Source of the DNA: an uncultured Actinomycetes bacterium | GTDB taxonomy: Bacteria; Actinomycetota; Thermoleophilia; UBA2241 | Reading direction: 5' to 3' | Length of the DNA: 64,000 nucleotides | NCBI GenBank assembly: GCA_963767005.1 | Contig: CAVYCN010000006.1 | Coordinates: 32,001 to 96,000 of the forward strand | Shown here: piece by piece, positions 26,305 through 39,118 of the stretch | Layout: every line of letters begins with the position of its first letter | How positions within the stretch are numbered: position 1 is the first letter of the stretch | Translations under genes and position numbers: made by a program | The notes under the pieces: model-generated | The model's database searches: none | The model's input: only the letters and a program-made list of their open reading frames with translations | What the model was told of the DNA's origin: nothing

Positions 26305-27221
26305 GCAGCACGATCGGCTACATCGGTCTCGGCAGTCTCGGCCGCCACCTCGCCGCCAGCCTGCTGCGGGCCGGCTTCGCGGTCACCGTCAACGACATCG
26401 ACCGCGACGCGGCCGGCCCGCTGCTCGAGGCCGGCGCGGCCTGGGCCGACTCGCCGGCAGCCGTAGCGCGCGCCGCCGGCACGGTGATCACCTGCCTGCC
26501 GTCGCCCGCCGCCGTGGCGAGCGTGGTGGCCGGCCCCGCCGGCGTCCTCGACGACCTCGCCGCCGGCGGCACCTGGATCGACATGAGCACGAACGACGCC
26601 CACGAGCTGCAGCGTCTGGCCGCCCTCGCCGCCGAGCGCGGCGTGGCCACGCTCGAGGCGCCGGTCACGGGTGGCGTGCACCGCGCCGCGGCCGGCATGA
26701 TCACCGTCCTGGTCGGCGGCGACGAGGCCGTCTATCACGCCCACCTGCCGGCCTTCGAGGCGATGGGCGGTCGCGTCTTCTACATCGGCGAGCTCGGCAA
26801 GGCATCGGTGATCAAGGTGATCACCAACATGCTGGCCTTCATCCACCTGGTGGCCGACGGCGAGGCGCTCATGCTGGCCAAGCGCGGCGGCGTCGACCTG
26901 AAGCTCGCCTGGGACGTGATCAAGGCGAGCTCGGGCAACAGCTTCGTGCACGAGACCGAGGGCCAGCTCATCCTGAGCGGCAGCTACAACATCAACTTCA
27001 CCATGGACCTCGCCCGCAAGGACCTGCACTTCGCCCTGGGCATGGGCCACGAGTTCGGCGTGCCACTCGAGCTCGCCGGCTTGACCGAGCAGATCTTCGC
27101 CCGGGCGCGGGCCACCTACGGCGGCGACGCGCAGTCGCCCATGGTCGCCAAGCTGCTCGAAGACGCGGTGGGCACCGACCTGCGCGCGCCCGGCTTTCCG
27201 GCCGAGCTGGCCCCCGAGTGA
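26301..27221 (+). CDS. NAD(P)-dependent oxidoreductase, 3-hydroxyisobutyrate dehydrogenase family
   Basis: GTG 26301 overlaps the upstream stop. IGYIGLGSLG, TCLPSP, EAPVTGG, IKVITN, FTMDLARKD. Confidence 0.9.
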   Translation: MSSTIGYIGLGSLGRHLAASLLRAGFAVTVNDIDRDAAGPLLEAGAAWADSPAAVARAAGTVITCLPSPAAVASVVAGPAGVLDDLAAGGTWIDMSTNDAHELQRLAALAAERGVATLEAPVTGGVHRAAAGMITVLVGGDEAVYHAHLPAFEAMGGRVFYIGELGKASVIKVITNMLAFIHLVADGEALMLAKRGGVDLKLAWDVIKASSGNSFVHETEGQLILSGSYNINFTMDLARKDLHFALGMGHEFGVPLELAGLTEQIFARARATYGGDAQSPMVAKLLEDAVGTDLRAPGFPAELAPE

Positions 27222-27393
27222 CGGCTCGCGGGCTCGATGCACGAAGGCCCCCTGGTGACGGCTCGCGGGTTCGTGCACAGGGGCCCGCGCAAGACGTAGA
27301 ATGTCGTCGCGGCATCCTTCGACGGCAGAAGGTTCGCCGCGAGCGCACACACGACGAATTTTCGGCACATGGCCGGCACGGAAGGAGCGCTTC

Positions 27394-28170
27394 ATGGAGA
27401 TCACCGAGTTCGCGATGGATTTCTTCTCGCTCGCGGGCAGGAACGCCATCGTGACCGGCGGCAACACCGGCCTCGGCAAGGCCTTCGCCCTGGCCCTCGC
27501 CAAGGCCGGCGCCAACGTGCTCGTGCCGAGCATCGTCGACGACGACGGCAGCACCGGAGCGCTCATCGCGGCCGCCGGCGTGCGCTACGAGTTCATGAAG
27601 GCCGACATCACCGCGCCCGGCGTGCCGGCGCGCGTCGTCGACGCCTGCGTAGAGCGTTTCGGCCGCCTCGACGTCCTGGTCAACAGCGCCGGCGTCTGCC
27701 CGCTGGCCGCCGTGCTCGACTTCGGCCGCGAGCTCTGGGACCGCACGATCGCGGTCAACCTCACCGCCGCGTTCGAGATGAGCCACGAGGCCGCGCGCCA
27801 CATGGTGCCCCAGCGCAGCGGCAAGATCATCAACGTCTGCTCGGTCTTCACCTTTTTGGGCGGGCAGTGGTCGCCGGCCTACGCGGCCTCCAAGCACGGC
27901 ATCGCCGGCCTCACCAAGGCCTACTGCGACGAGCTCGCCCAGTACAACGTGCAGGTCAACGGGCTCGCCCCCGGGTACTACGCGACCGAGATCACCCGCC
28001 AGACGCGCAGCGACCCGGTGACCAACCAGCGAGTGCTCGACCACATCGCGACCGCACGCTGGGGCGACCCGGCCGACCTCATGGGCACCGTCGTGTTCCT
28101 CGCCAGCCGCGCGTCCGACTACGTGAACGGCCACGTGCTGCTGGTGGATGGCGGCTACCTCGTCCGCTAG
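27394..28170 (+). CDS. ygcW: SDR oxidoreductase, YgcW-like
   Basis: MDFFSLAGRNAIVTGGNTGLG, GGQWSPAYAASKH, NQRVLDHI, VDGGYLVR; recognised as close to E. coli YgcW. Confidence 0.85.
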   Translation: MEITEFAMDFFSLAGRNAIVTGGNTGLGKAFALALAKAGANVLVPSIVDDDGSTGALIAAAGVRYEFMKADITAPGVPARVVDACVERFGRLDVLVNSAGVCPLAAVLDFGRELWDRTIAVNLTAAFEMSHEAARHMVPQRSGKIINVCSVFTFLGGQWSPAYAASKHGIAGLTKAYCDELAQYNVQVNGLAPGYYATEITRQTRSDPVTNQRVLDHIATARWGDPADLMGTVVFLASRASDYVNGHVLLVDGGYLVR

Positions 28171-28181
28171 GCTGGAACGCG

Positions 28182-29621
28182 ATGGCAGGCACCAAGTACC
28201 TGGTCGGCGTCGACGGGGGCTCGCAGAGCTCCAAGGTCGTCGTCTTCGACATCGGCGGAACAGTGGTCTGCGAGGGCCGTCGCGGGCTGCAGCCCATGAG
28301 CCGGCCGCGCAACGGCATCGTCGAGCACCCCGACGACGACCTGTGGGACTCGATCTGTGCCGCCAGCCGCGAGGCCATGGCGGCCTTCCCCGGCGATCCG
28401 GCCGACATCGTCGGCATCGGCCTCTGCACGATCCGTTGCGAGCGTGCCTTCCTGAAAGCCGACGGCACGCTCGCTGCGCCGGGCATGAGCTGGATGGACG
28501 AGCGCGCCTACCAGCCCTGGACCTATCCGGTGCCGGGCACCGCCTGGGTGACGACCTCGTCGGGCTACATCACGCACCGCTTCACGGGGCGCTTCCGCGA
28601 CACGGCCGCCAACAACATCGAGATCCAGTGGCCGATCGACAGCGACACCTGGCAGTGGAGCGACGACCCGGCCGTGCTCGACGCCTGGCAGATCCCGCGC
28701 GAGATGCTGGTGGAGCTGCAGCTCCCCGGCGAGGTGGCCGGCTACGTCACCCCCGCGGCGGCCGCCGCGAGCGGCCTGCCGGCCGGCGTACCGGTCGTGC
28801 AGACGGCCAACGACAAGGCGGTCGAGGCGCTCGGCGCGGGCTCGCTCGACGACCGCACCGCACTGGTGTCGCTCGGCACCTACATCGCGGCCATGCTGCA
28901 CGGCAGCGAGAACCGCAAGACGCCGACCGAGTTCTGGACGAACTTCGCCTGCGTGCCGCACCGCTACCTCTACGAGAGCCACGGCATCCGCCGCGGCATG
29001 TGGACGCTCTCGTGGTTCCTCGACCTGCTCGGCGACGAGCTCGCCCGGGCGGCCGTCGCCGAGGGCGTGTCGCGCGAGGAGTACCTGGAGCGTGAGGCGC
29101 GCGCGGTGCCGCCCGGCAGCGACGGCCTGATGACCGTGCTCGACTGGCTCGCGCCCGCGGACCACCCCTTCCGCAAGGGCGTCATGCTGGGCTTCGACGC
29201 GCGCCACACGCGGGGGCACGTCTACCGTTCCATCCTCGAGGCCATCGCCGTGACCATGAAGAACCGGGTCGACGCGATGTGCGCCGAGCTCGGCGTCACG
29301 CTCGAGTCGATCGTCGTGTCGGGCGGCGGCTCGAGCAGCCCGCTCTTCATGCAGATCTTCGCCGACGTGTTCGGCATCCCGGCGGCGCGCACGGTCGGCG
29401 CCTCGGGCGCGAGCCTCGGGGCGGCCGTTTGCGCGGCCGTGGCGACCGGTGTCCACCCCGACTTCGGCACGGCCGCCGCCGCGATGAGCGGCGCGCGCGA
29501 GTCGTTCGCGCCGCGCGCCGACGCCACGGCCGTCTACCGCGCCCTGAACGACGCCGTCTACCGCGACATCCGGACGGCCACCGACCCGCTGCTCGAGCGG
29601 TCGTACCCCATCTTCCACTGA
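28182..29621 (+). CDS. ygcE: FGGY carbohydrate kinase, YgcE-like
   Basis: GVDGGSQSSKV, EHPDDDLW, DKAVEALGAG, SLGTYIA, GLMTVLDWL. Confidence 0.85.
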   Translation: MAGTKYLVGVDGGSQSSKVVVFDIGGTVVCEGRRGLQPMSRPRNGIVEHPDDDLWDSICAASREAMAAFPGDPADIVGIGLCTIRCERAFLKADGTLAAPGMSWMDERAYQPWTYPVPGTAWVTTSSGYITHRFTGRFRDTAANNIEIQWPIDSDTWQWSDDPAVLDAWQIPREMLVELQLPGEVAGYVTPAAAAASGLPAGVPVVQTANDKAVEALGAGSLDDRTALVSLGTYIAAMLHGSENRKTPTEFWTNFACVPHRYLYESHGIRRGMWTLSWFLDLLGDELARAAVAEGVSREEYLEREARAVPPGSDGLMTVLDWLAPADHPFRKGVMLGFDARHTRGHVYRSILEAIAVTMKNRVDAMCAELGVTLESIVVSGGGSSSPLFMQIFADVFGIPAARTVGASGASLGAAVCAAVATGVHPDFGTAAAAMSGARESFAPRADATAVYRALNDAVYRDIRTATDPLLERSYPIFH

Positions 29622-29655
29622 CCAGATCCAGCCCCGAGCCACGGAAGGATCCATC

Positions 29656-31098
29656 ATGCAGCTGAGCCGAGAAGCGATCGTCGAGGGCCTGCAGCGCATC
29701 GTCGGCGCCTCCGACGTGGTCACCGACGCGGCCGTCCTCGCCGAGAGCAGCGTCGACAACTTCCGTAAGCTCGAGAACATCTTCGGCGTGCACACCATGC
29801 CACAGCCAGCGGCCGTGGTCATGGTGCGCAGCACGGAGCAGGTCGCCGCCGTGCTGGCCTTCGCCGACGAGCACGGCGTGAACGTCGTGCCGCGCACCGG
29901 CCACACGGCCACCGAGGGCGGCCTCGAGACACCCGTGCCCGACTCGATCGTGCTCGACGGCTCGCCGATGAACCGCATCATCGACATCGACACCTACAAC
30001 ATGCAGGCGACCTGCCAGTGCGGCGTGCCGCTGCAGGCCCTCGAGGACCGCGCCCGCGAGCTCGGCCTGACGACCGGCCACTCGCCCCAGTCCAAGCCGG
30101 TCGCCCACCTCGGCGGCCTCACGGCGACGCGCAGCATCGGCCAGTTCTCGACCCTCTACGGCGGCATCGAGGACATGGTCGTGGGCGTCGAGGCGGTGTT
30201 CCCCGGCGGCCGCGTGGCGCGCATCAAGAACGTGCCGCGACGCGCGGCCGGCCCCGACATCCGCCACATCGTGATCGGCAACGAGGGCGCCCTCTGCTTC
30301 ATCACCGAGGTGACGGTCAAGCTCTTCCCCTACTTCCCGCAGAACAACAGCTTCCTGGGGTACACGCATCGCGGCATGAAGGTCGGCTTCGAGGCGCTGC
30401 GCGAGGTCATGGTCGGCGGCTACAAGCCGTCGGTCGCGCGCATCTACGACCCCGGCGACGCCGACCTGCACTTCTCGCACTTCATCGCGCCCGGCGACTG
30501 CGTGCTGCTGTTCATGGCCGAGGGACCGGCCGGCATCGCGCAGGCCACGGTCGAGGGCATCGAGGCGATCGTCGCCCGTCACCCCGAGTGTCACCAGGTC
30601 GACGGCCGCTACATCGAGACCTGGTTCAACGACCTCTGCTGGGGGCCCGACAAGATCGCCGCCGAGGACGAGCGCATCAGGCAGACACGCAACGTCAACC
30701 GCACGACCGAGATCTCGGCCAACTGGAGCGCGATCAACGACATCTACGAGGCCGCCATCGGCCGCATCACGAACGAGATCCCCGACCTGACGAGGCTCGG
30801 CGGCCACTCGTCGCACAGCTACATCAACGGCACCAACATGTACTTCAACTACTTCTACAACCTGGTCGACTGTGGCCCCGAGGACGAGCCCACCAGGTAC
30901 TACCTGCCGATCATCAGGATCATCTGCGAGGAGACGCTGCGCTGCGGCGGCTCGATCGTGCATCACCACGGCATCGGCAAGGCACGCGTGCCGTGGGTGA
31001 AAGACGAGTACGGCTCGTCGTACTTCATGCTCGAGACGCTCAAGCGGGGGTTCGACCCGCACGGCATCATGAACAAGGGCACGATCCTGCCGGCATAG
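29656..31098 (+). CDS. ygcU: FAD-binding oxidoreductase, YgcU / alkyl-DHAP-synthase-like
   Basis: GHSPQSKP, TRSIGQFSTLYGGIED, KNVPRRAAGPDIRH, GGHSSHSY, HHHGIGK. Confidence 0.88.
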   Translation: MQLSREAIVEGLQRIVGASDVVTDAAVLAESSVDNFRKLENIFGVHTMPQPAAVVMVRSTEQVAAVLAFADEHGVNVVPRTGHTATEGGLETPVPDSIVLDGSPMNRIIDIDTYNMQATCQCGVPLQALEDRARELGLTTGHSPQSKPVAHLGGLTATRSIGQFSTLYGGIEDMVVGVEAVFPGGRVARIKNVPRRAAGPDIRHIVIGNEGALCFITEVTVKLFPYFPQNNSFLGYTHRGMKVGFEALREVMVGGYKPSVARIYDPGDADLHFSHFIAPGDCVLLFMAEGPAGIAQATVEGIEAIVARHPECHQVDGRYIETWFNDLCWGPDKIAAEDERIRQTRNVNRTTEISANWSAINDIYEAAIGRITNEIPDLTRLGGHSSHSYINGTNMYFNYFYNLVDCGPEDEPTRYYLPIIRIICEETLRCGGSIVHHHGIGKARVPWVKDEYGSSYFMLETLKRGFDPHGIMNKGTILPA

Positions 31099-31121
31099 AG
31101 CGCGACGCGAGGACGAACGTC

Positions 31122-31961
31122 GTGAGCGAGCTGCGCATCCTGGTGGCGTTCAAGGTGACGCCCGACTTCGAGGCGCTGCGCGACGCCGAGTGGGCCGCCC
31201 TGGCGGCCGGCGCCGGCGACACGCGGTTCGTCAGGCGCGTGCTCAACTGCTTCGACGAGAGCGCCCTCGAGCTGGCGCTGCGGCTGCGCCGCGACCTCGC
31301 GGCCGCCGGCGTCAGCGCCACCCTGGCCGCGCTGTCGGTCGGCGGCCGCGAGGTCGACCCCTTCCTCGCCACGCTACGGGCGCTCGGCTACGAACGCACG
31401 GCGCGGGTCGAACCCGGGCCGCACGCGGCCGCCCTCGACTTCGCGCCGGGCGCCGTGGCGGCGCTGATCGCCGCCTACGCCCGGCGCGTCGCGCGCAGCG
31501 ACCTCGTCGTGCTCGGCAGCCGCAGCGGACCCGGCGACGGCGGCACGGTGCCCTTCCGCGTCGCCGAGGCGCTCGGCCTGCCCTGCCTGGCCCAGGTCAC
31601 CGAGCTCGCGGCCCTGACAGACGGCCGGGTGCGCGTCGCGCGCGCGGCCGACGACGGCCTGCTGCGGCTCACCCTGAACGGCCCCTGCGTGCTCGGCGTG
31701 GGCAACGCCGTGGTCTCGTGCCTGAGCGCGCCGACCCTGAAGGAGCGCCTCGCCCACCACGACGAGCCGCCCGAGGTGCTGAGCGATGCCGAGCTCGGCG
31801 TCGACCTCGACGCCGAGCTCGGGCGCGCCGGCGTGGCGCTGACCGGCCTCGAGACGATCGACCGCTCGCGCGCCGGTGCGCTCGTCGGCGGCGCGACGCC
31901 GGCTGACGCGGCGCGCCGCCTCTACGACGGCTGGCTGCGCCCTCTGCTGGAGAAGTCGTGA
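31122..31961 (+). CDS. Electron transfer flavoprotein beta subunit (FixA/YgcR-like)
   Basis: ILVAFKVTPD, NCFDESALELAL, LVVLGSRSGPGDGGTVPFRVAEALGLP. Confidence 0.85.
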   Translation: MSELRILVAFKVTPDFEALRDAEWAALAAGAGDTRFVRRVLNCFDESALELALRLRRDLAAAGVSATLAALSVGGREVDPFLATLRALGYERTARVEPGPHAAALDFAPGAVAALIAAYARRVARSDLVVLGSRSGPGDGGTVPFRVAEALGLPCLAQVTELAALTDGRVRVARAADDGLLRLTLNGPCVLGVGNAVVSCLSAPTLKERLAHHDEPPEVLSDAELGVDLDAELGRAGVALTGLETIDRSRAGALVGGATPADAARRLYDGWLRPLLEKS

Positions 31962-32004
31962 GCGGGCGCCACGACCGGCGACTCGGCACTCGTGCGGAGA
32001 AGCC

Positions 32005-33101
32005 GTGAGCGGCACCGCGCTGCGCTTCGTCGCCCTGCTCGACGGCACGACCGCCGGCGCTGCCGGTCAGGCGCGCGCCCTGGGCGCCTTCATCGACGGC
32101 CTGTCGACGACCGCCGCGACGGTCTCGGGCGAGACCGTCGTCTTCTGCGCCGACCCGGTCGCCGGCCGCGAGCTCGCCGACCTCGCACCGACCAGCGACG
32201 TGCGGCTCGTCGCGACGCCGGCCCGCCGACCCGAGCTCATGGTCGAGCGCCTGCTCGCGTCCGGCGCCGCCGGCGCCGACCTCTACCTGGCCGGGCCGGG
32301 CTCGACCGGCGCCGAGCTCGCCACGCGCCTCGCCTGCCGTGCCGGCGGCGGCGCCTTGACGGGCGTCGTCGACCTCCGCCTTGCCGGCGAGACGGCGCGC
32401 TGCCACGCCGCCGTGTGCTCCGGCCACCTGACCGGAAGCTTCGACCTCACGCGGCGACCCTGGTGTCTGAGCCTCGACGCCGCCTGGGCCGACGAGCGGC
32501 CCGCAGCACCTGCCGAGCACCGCGTGCTGTCCGGCGGCCCGGACGGGGTCGCAGCCGGCGAGTCGAGCGACGCCGCGCCGGCGGCGGCGCGGAGCGCGGC
32601 CGCCTCTCTCGGCGACGAAGGTCCGCTCGTTGAGCCCTTCGCCGACGTCGAGCTCGTCGCGCCGGCGGCGGCCAGCGACCTCGCGGGAGCCCGCTTTCTC
32701 GTAGTCGCCGGCTACGGCGCCGGCCGCGACGGCGTCGCCCGCCTGGCCGCCGCGGCGCGCCGCATGGGGGCGGCCTTCGGCGTGAGCCGCCCGGTCGCGA
32801 TGAACGCCTGGGCGCCGCTCGACCGACTGGTCGGCGCCTCGGGAGCACGCAGCGCGCCGCTCGTGTGCGTCGTGGCGGCCGCCTCGGGCGCACCGGCGCT
32901 GTACTGGGGGATCGAACGGGCCGGCTTCGTCGCGGCGGTCAACTCAGACGAGCATGCCCCCATCGCGCGCAAGGCCGACGCCGTCGTGGTCGACGACGCC
33001 GTCGCCGTGGTCGAGGCCCTCGCCGAGATCGTGGAGTCGCAGCCGCGCGGCGCTAGCGCGCCGCCCGCCGGCGGTCCGCGCCCGCAATCCGTTCGCTCGG
33101 G

Positions 33102-33105
<4 letters not shown>
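32005..33105 (+). CDS. Electron transfer flavoprotein alpha subunit (FixB/YgcQ-like)
   Basis: GTG 32005 after GGAG. LVVAGYG, FGVSRPVAMNAW, VGASG, ASGAPA, AVNSDEHAPI. Confidence 0.85.
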
Positions 33106-35269
<2,164 letters not shown>

Positions 35270-35273
<4 letters not shown>

Positions 35274-36166
35274 TTCGAGAAGGCGGTCCGCACGCCGTCC
35301 GCGATGAGGTTGATGGCGATGACAAGCGACGCCAGCGCCAGGGCCGGGAACAGCACGACCCAGGGCGAGCTCTGCAGGACGCCGCGCTCGGTGGCCACGA
35401 CGAGGCCCCAGTCGGACGACGGCGGCTCGAGGCCGAAGCCGAGGAACGAGAGCGTCGCCACCGTGAACACGGCGTAGCCGAGGCGCACGGTGCCCTCGAC
35501 GACGATCGGCTGCGTGATGTTGGGCAGGATCTCGCGCGCCATGACGAAGGCCGAGCGCTCGCCGCGCAGACGGGCCGCCATGACGTACTCGCGCTCGCGC
35601 TCGCCGATCACCGCCGAGCGGATGGTACGCGACACGACCGGCGTGAAGAGCGCGCCGATCACAAGGATGAGGATGGCGTACGACCGGCCCAGCAGCGAGA
35701 TCACGAGGATCGACGTGATGATGATCGGCAGCGCCAAGAAGGCGTCGACCACGCGCATGATGATGTCGTCGGTGAGGCCCCGGTAGAATCCGGCGACGAG
35801 GCCGACGATCCCGCCCCAGAGCAGGCACAGGACGGTGGCCAGCGGCGCGATGATGAGCACGCTGCGGGCGCCGGCCATGGTGCGGGCGAACACGTCGCGG
35901 CCGAGGTCGTCGGTGCCGAACCAGTGGCCGCCGCCGGGCGAGGCCAGGATCGCGCCGGTCGGCGTGGTCGGACTCTGCGTCACGTGGGTCGAGAAGATCG
36001 CCATGAAGACCCAGAAGCCGACGATGACGAGACCGACCAGGAACGTCGGACTGCGAAACAGGGTCCGCAGGACGTAGCGCCGCTGGCGGCGCTGCTCGGC
36101 CGCGGCGGCCGCGTTGGCCTGCGTCTCGAGCGCACCCCGGTCTGGTGTCGTGCCGGTCGTCGCCAC
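35270..36166 (-). CDS. ABC transporter permease (DppC-like)
   Basis: HWFGTDDLGRDVF, EYVMAARLRG, ILPN. Confidence 0.92.
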
Positions 36167-36167
36167 G

Positions 36168-37118
36168 TCAGGTCGACTTGCGGATACGCGGGTTGAGCAG
36201 GGCCACGACGATGTCGGCGGTCAGGTTGGCGGCCATGTAGATCAGAGCGATCACGAGCACGCAGGCCTCGAGCAGCGGCTGGTCGTGAAAGAGGGCGGCG
36301 TTGACCGTGTAGTTGCCGATGCCCGGGTAGTTGAACAGCGTCTCGATCACGACGAGGCCGCCGATCAGCCAGCCGATCTGGCTGCCGATCACGGTGACGG
36401 TCGGCACCATCGCGTTGCGCAGCACGTGGCTGAACACGACACGTGCGCGCGGCATGCCCTTCAGCGTGGCCGTGCGGATGTAGGGCTGGTCGAGGACCTG
36501 GGCGGTGCCGGCCCGTGCCATGCGCGCGATGTAGCCGAGCTCGACGAGCATGAGCGGGATGGCCGGCAGGATCAGGTAGTAGAAACGGTCGATGAACGGA
36601 CCCGGCGTCTGGGGCATCGCGTAGGACGGCAGCCAGCTCAGGACCACCGAGAAGATCACGATGAGGATGACGCCGCTCACGAACTCGGGCATGACCGTCA
36701 TCGACAGCGAGAAGATCGTGATCGCCCGGTCGAGCGGGCTGTCGCGGTGCAGCCCGGCGAACACGCCCAAAGCGATCGAGGTGGGCACGATGATGATCAG
36801 CGCGAAGCCGCCGAGCAGTAGCGAGTTGCCGAGCGAGTGCCAGACGATCGAGGTGACCGACAGGTTGGTGTACTGCAGCGAGTTGCCGAGGTGGCCGGTC
36901 AGGAAGTGACCGGCCCACTCGAAGTAGCGCACGTAGATGGGCCGGTCGACGCCCAGCTTGTGGTCGAGCGCCTTGACGGCCGATTGAGTGGCGTAGGGAC
37001 CCAGGCGGACCCGGCCGATGTCGCCGGGCAGCACCTCGGACAAAGCGAACACGAGGATCGACACCAGCACCAGCGTCGGCAGCATGAGCAGCAGCCGGCG
37101 CGCGATGTATCGTGCCAT
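36168..37118 (-). CDS. ABC transporter permease (DppB-like)
   Basis: YIARRLLL, YIRTATLKG, HVLRNA, IETLFNYPGIG. Confidence 0.92.
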   Translation of the reverse strand: MARYIARRLLLMLPTLVLVSILVFALSEVLPGDIGRVRLGPYATQSAVKALDHKLGVDRPIYVRYFEWAGHFLTGHLGNSLQYTNLSVTSIVWHSLGNSLLLGGFALIIIVPTSIALGVFAGLHRDSPLDRAITIFSLSMTVMPEFVSGVILIVIFSVVLSWLPSYAMPQTPGPFIDRFYYLILPAIPLMLVELGYIARMARAGTAQVLDQPYIRTATLKGMPRARVVFSHVLRNAMVPTVTVIGSQIGWLIGGLVVIETLFNYPGIGNYTVNAALFHDQPLLEACVLVIALIYMAANLTADIVVALLNPRIRKST

Positions 37119-37165
37119 ACCCGGGTCCCTACGCCTTTCTCAGCAAGAGACGGTGAAGCTCAGGG

Positions 37166-38845
37166 TCACTTCGTTACGTACGCCTGCGCGGCGTTGAAGT
37201 AGAACGAGCCGGGGCCCTGGACGCCGTAGACGTTCTTCCACTGCGTGCGCAGCTGCGAGATGAAGAACGCGACCAGGATCGGCGTCTCGTCCTGCTGGAT
37301 CGACGACAGCTTGGTGGCCAGCGTCGTGCGGGTGGCCTCGTCGGTGGTCGACTCGTACTGGTTGAACGCAGTGACGAAGTCGGGGTTGTTCCAGTGCGAC
37401 GAGCTCCAGGCGCTGGTCGGCAGGAGCATGGCCTGCGCGTAGACGCCCGGGGTGGGCCGGCTGCCCCACTCGACGATGACCATCGGCGCGTTCAGCCACG
37501 GCGTGGTGCTGTTGCTGCCGGAGTAGATCGCGTTGTAGCTGATCTCGTTGATCTTGACGTTGATGCCGGCCGGCTTGCACTGCGCCTGGATGAGCTGCGC
37601 GTAGGCCGGGTTCTCGAGGTAGTTGGCGACGGTCAGCGTGACGTCGAGGCCGTTCGGATGACCGGCCGCCGACAGCAGCGACTTGGCCTTGGCGATGTTG
37701 ACGTTGCGCACCGCCGGGGTCGGGCTGCCCGGGAAGATCGTCGGCTCCCAGAAGGTGTCGTAGCCGAGGTTGCTGCGGCCGCCGTAGAGCGCCTTGTTGA
37801 TGGCGTTGCGGTCGAGGCACCAGGCGACGGCCTGGCGGATGCGCTTGTCCTGCCACGGCGTCTTGTTGACGTTGAAGGCGACCTCGCGGATACCGCTCGA
37901 CGGGTAGACGTCGACGCGCAGGTTGGTGTCGCTCAGGACCGACTGGCCGCCCTGGAAGACGGTCTGCGGCTGCACGTCGACGGCGTGGGACTGCAGCTGC
38001 AGGTTGGCCGCCGAGGCGTCGGTGACGAGGATGAAGTCGAGCTCGTCGAGGTACGGGAGCTGGCGGCCCTGGGCGTCCTTGCCCCAGTAGGACGGGTTCT
38101 TGACCATCGTGACGCGCTGGTTGGTCACGAAGCTCTTGATCATCCACGGGCCGGTGCCGACGGCCTTCTTCTGGAAGTTGCCGTCGTAGTTGCGCGGCAG
38201 GATGGCCGTGTTGTACGACGACGAGCTCACCAGGTACGGGAAGTCGGCGAAGGGCTTTTCGAGGTTGAACTGCACCGTGTGCGTGTCGACCGCCTTGGTG
38301 CCGCCCGGCGAGAGGATGCCGGCGAGGGCGGCGAGAGCGCCCGAACCGCTCTTGGGATTGATGACCCGCTCGATGCTCGCCACGACGTCGGCGGCCTCGA
38401 AGGGGCTGCCGTCGTTGAACGTGACGCCCTGGCGCAGGTCGAACGTCCAGACGTCGCCCTTCTGGTTGGGCGTCCACTTGACGGCCAGCTTGGGCACGAG
38501 GGCGTTGGTGTTGCTCAGGTCGATCAGGTACTCGGCGACCTGATAGACGAGCACGATGCCGCCCTGGTCGTAGATGGTGACCGGGTCGAGCGTCTTGAGC
38601 GGCGGCGGGATGATGGCCTTGAGGGTGCCGCCGGTGACGACCGCAGGCGCCGAGGCGCTCGCCGATGGCGTCGTGGCGGTGCTGCCGCCGGAGCTGCCGC
38701 AGGCGGCCAGGAGCTGGCCGACGACCGTGGCCGAAAGGCCGAACACCGACGCGCGCACCAAGAGCTGGCGCCGCGTCATCTTCCCCGTGAGCACCTGCTC
38801 GACGAGGTGCTGCCCGTATTCGCGTGCGTACTGCTCATCCGTCAT
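37166..38845 (-). CDS. ABC substrate-binding protein family 5, Tat-exported lipoprotein
   Basis: ATG 38845. TRRQLL twin-arginine motif, LAAC lipobox, WTFDLRQGVTFNDG, GTGPW. Confidence 0.9.
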   Translation of the reverse strand: MTDEQYAREYGQHLVEQVLTGKMTRRQLLVRASVFGLSATVVGQLLAACGSSGGSTATTPSASASAPAVVTGGTLKAIIPPPLKTLDPVTIYDQGGIVLVYQVAEYLIDLSNTNALVPKLAVKWTPNQKGDVWTFDLRQGVTFNDGSPFEAADVVASIERVINPKSGSGALAALAGILSPGGTKAVDTHTVQFNLEKPFADFPYLVSSSSYNTAILPRNYDGNFQKKAVGTGPWMIKSFVTNQRVTMVKNPSYWGKDAQGRQLPYLDELDFILVTDASAANLQLQSHAVDVQPQTVFQGGQSVLSDTNLRVDVYPSSGIREVAFNVNKTPWQDKRIRQAVAWCLDRNAINKALYGGRSNLGYDTFWEPTIFPGSPTPAVRNVNIAKAKSLLSAAGHPNGLDVTLTVANYLENPAYAQLIQAQCKPAGINVKINEISYNAIYSGSNSTTPWLNAPMVIVEWGSRPTPGVYAQAMLLPTSAWSSSHWNNPDFVTAFNQYESTTDEATRTTLATKLSSIQQDETPILVAFFISQLRTQWKNVYGVQGPGSFYFNAAQAYVTK

Positions 38846-39118
38846 GGCGTCACTCCCCCTGATACTGGACCCTTCCACACACTTGCGACGGGGCGAGAGC
38901 CACGGGCCGGCCGTGCCCCGATCAGTCTCCGCCACCATACACAGCGGCCTGCCTTCATGCAATACGAATCAACCACTCGATTAGCGGCGAGACGCCTGTA
39001 AGAGAATCATTGTTCGGCAAACCCCCGTCGGGACCGGCGATTCGCTTGCTTCACCGCGGCCCTGCCAACAGATGTGCGCTCGTCGAGTGCCGGTCACGGC
39101 TCCCCCGCCGCGCTGAGC

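Noticed and set aside
27295-27370. Possible Lrp-type binding sites upstream of ygcW (e.g. GACGAATTTTC)
   Set aside because: Only one good match, and too degenerate to support a call.
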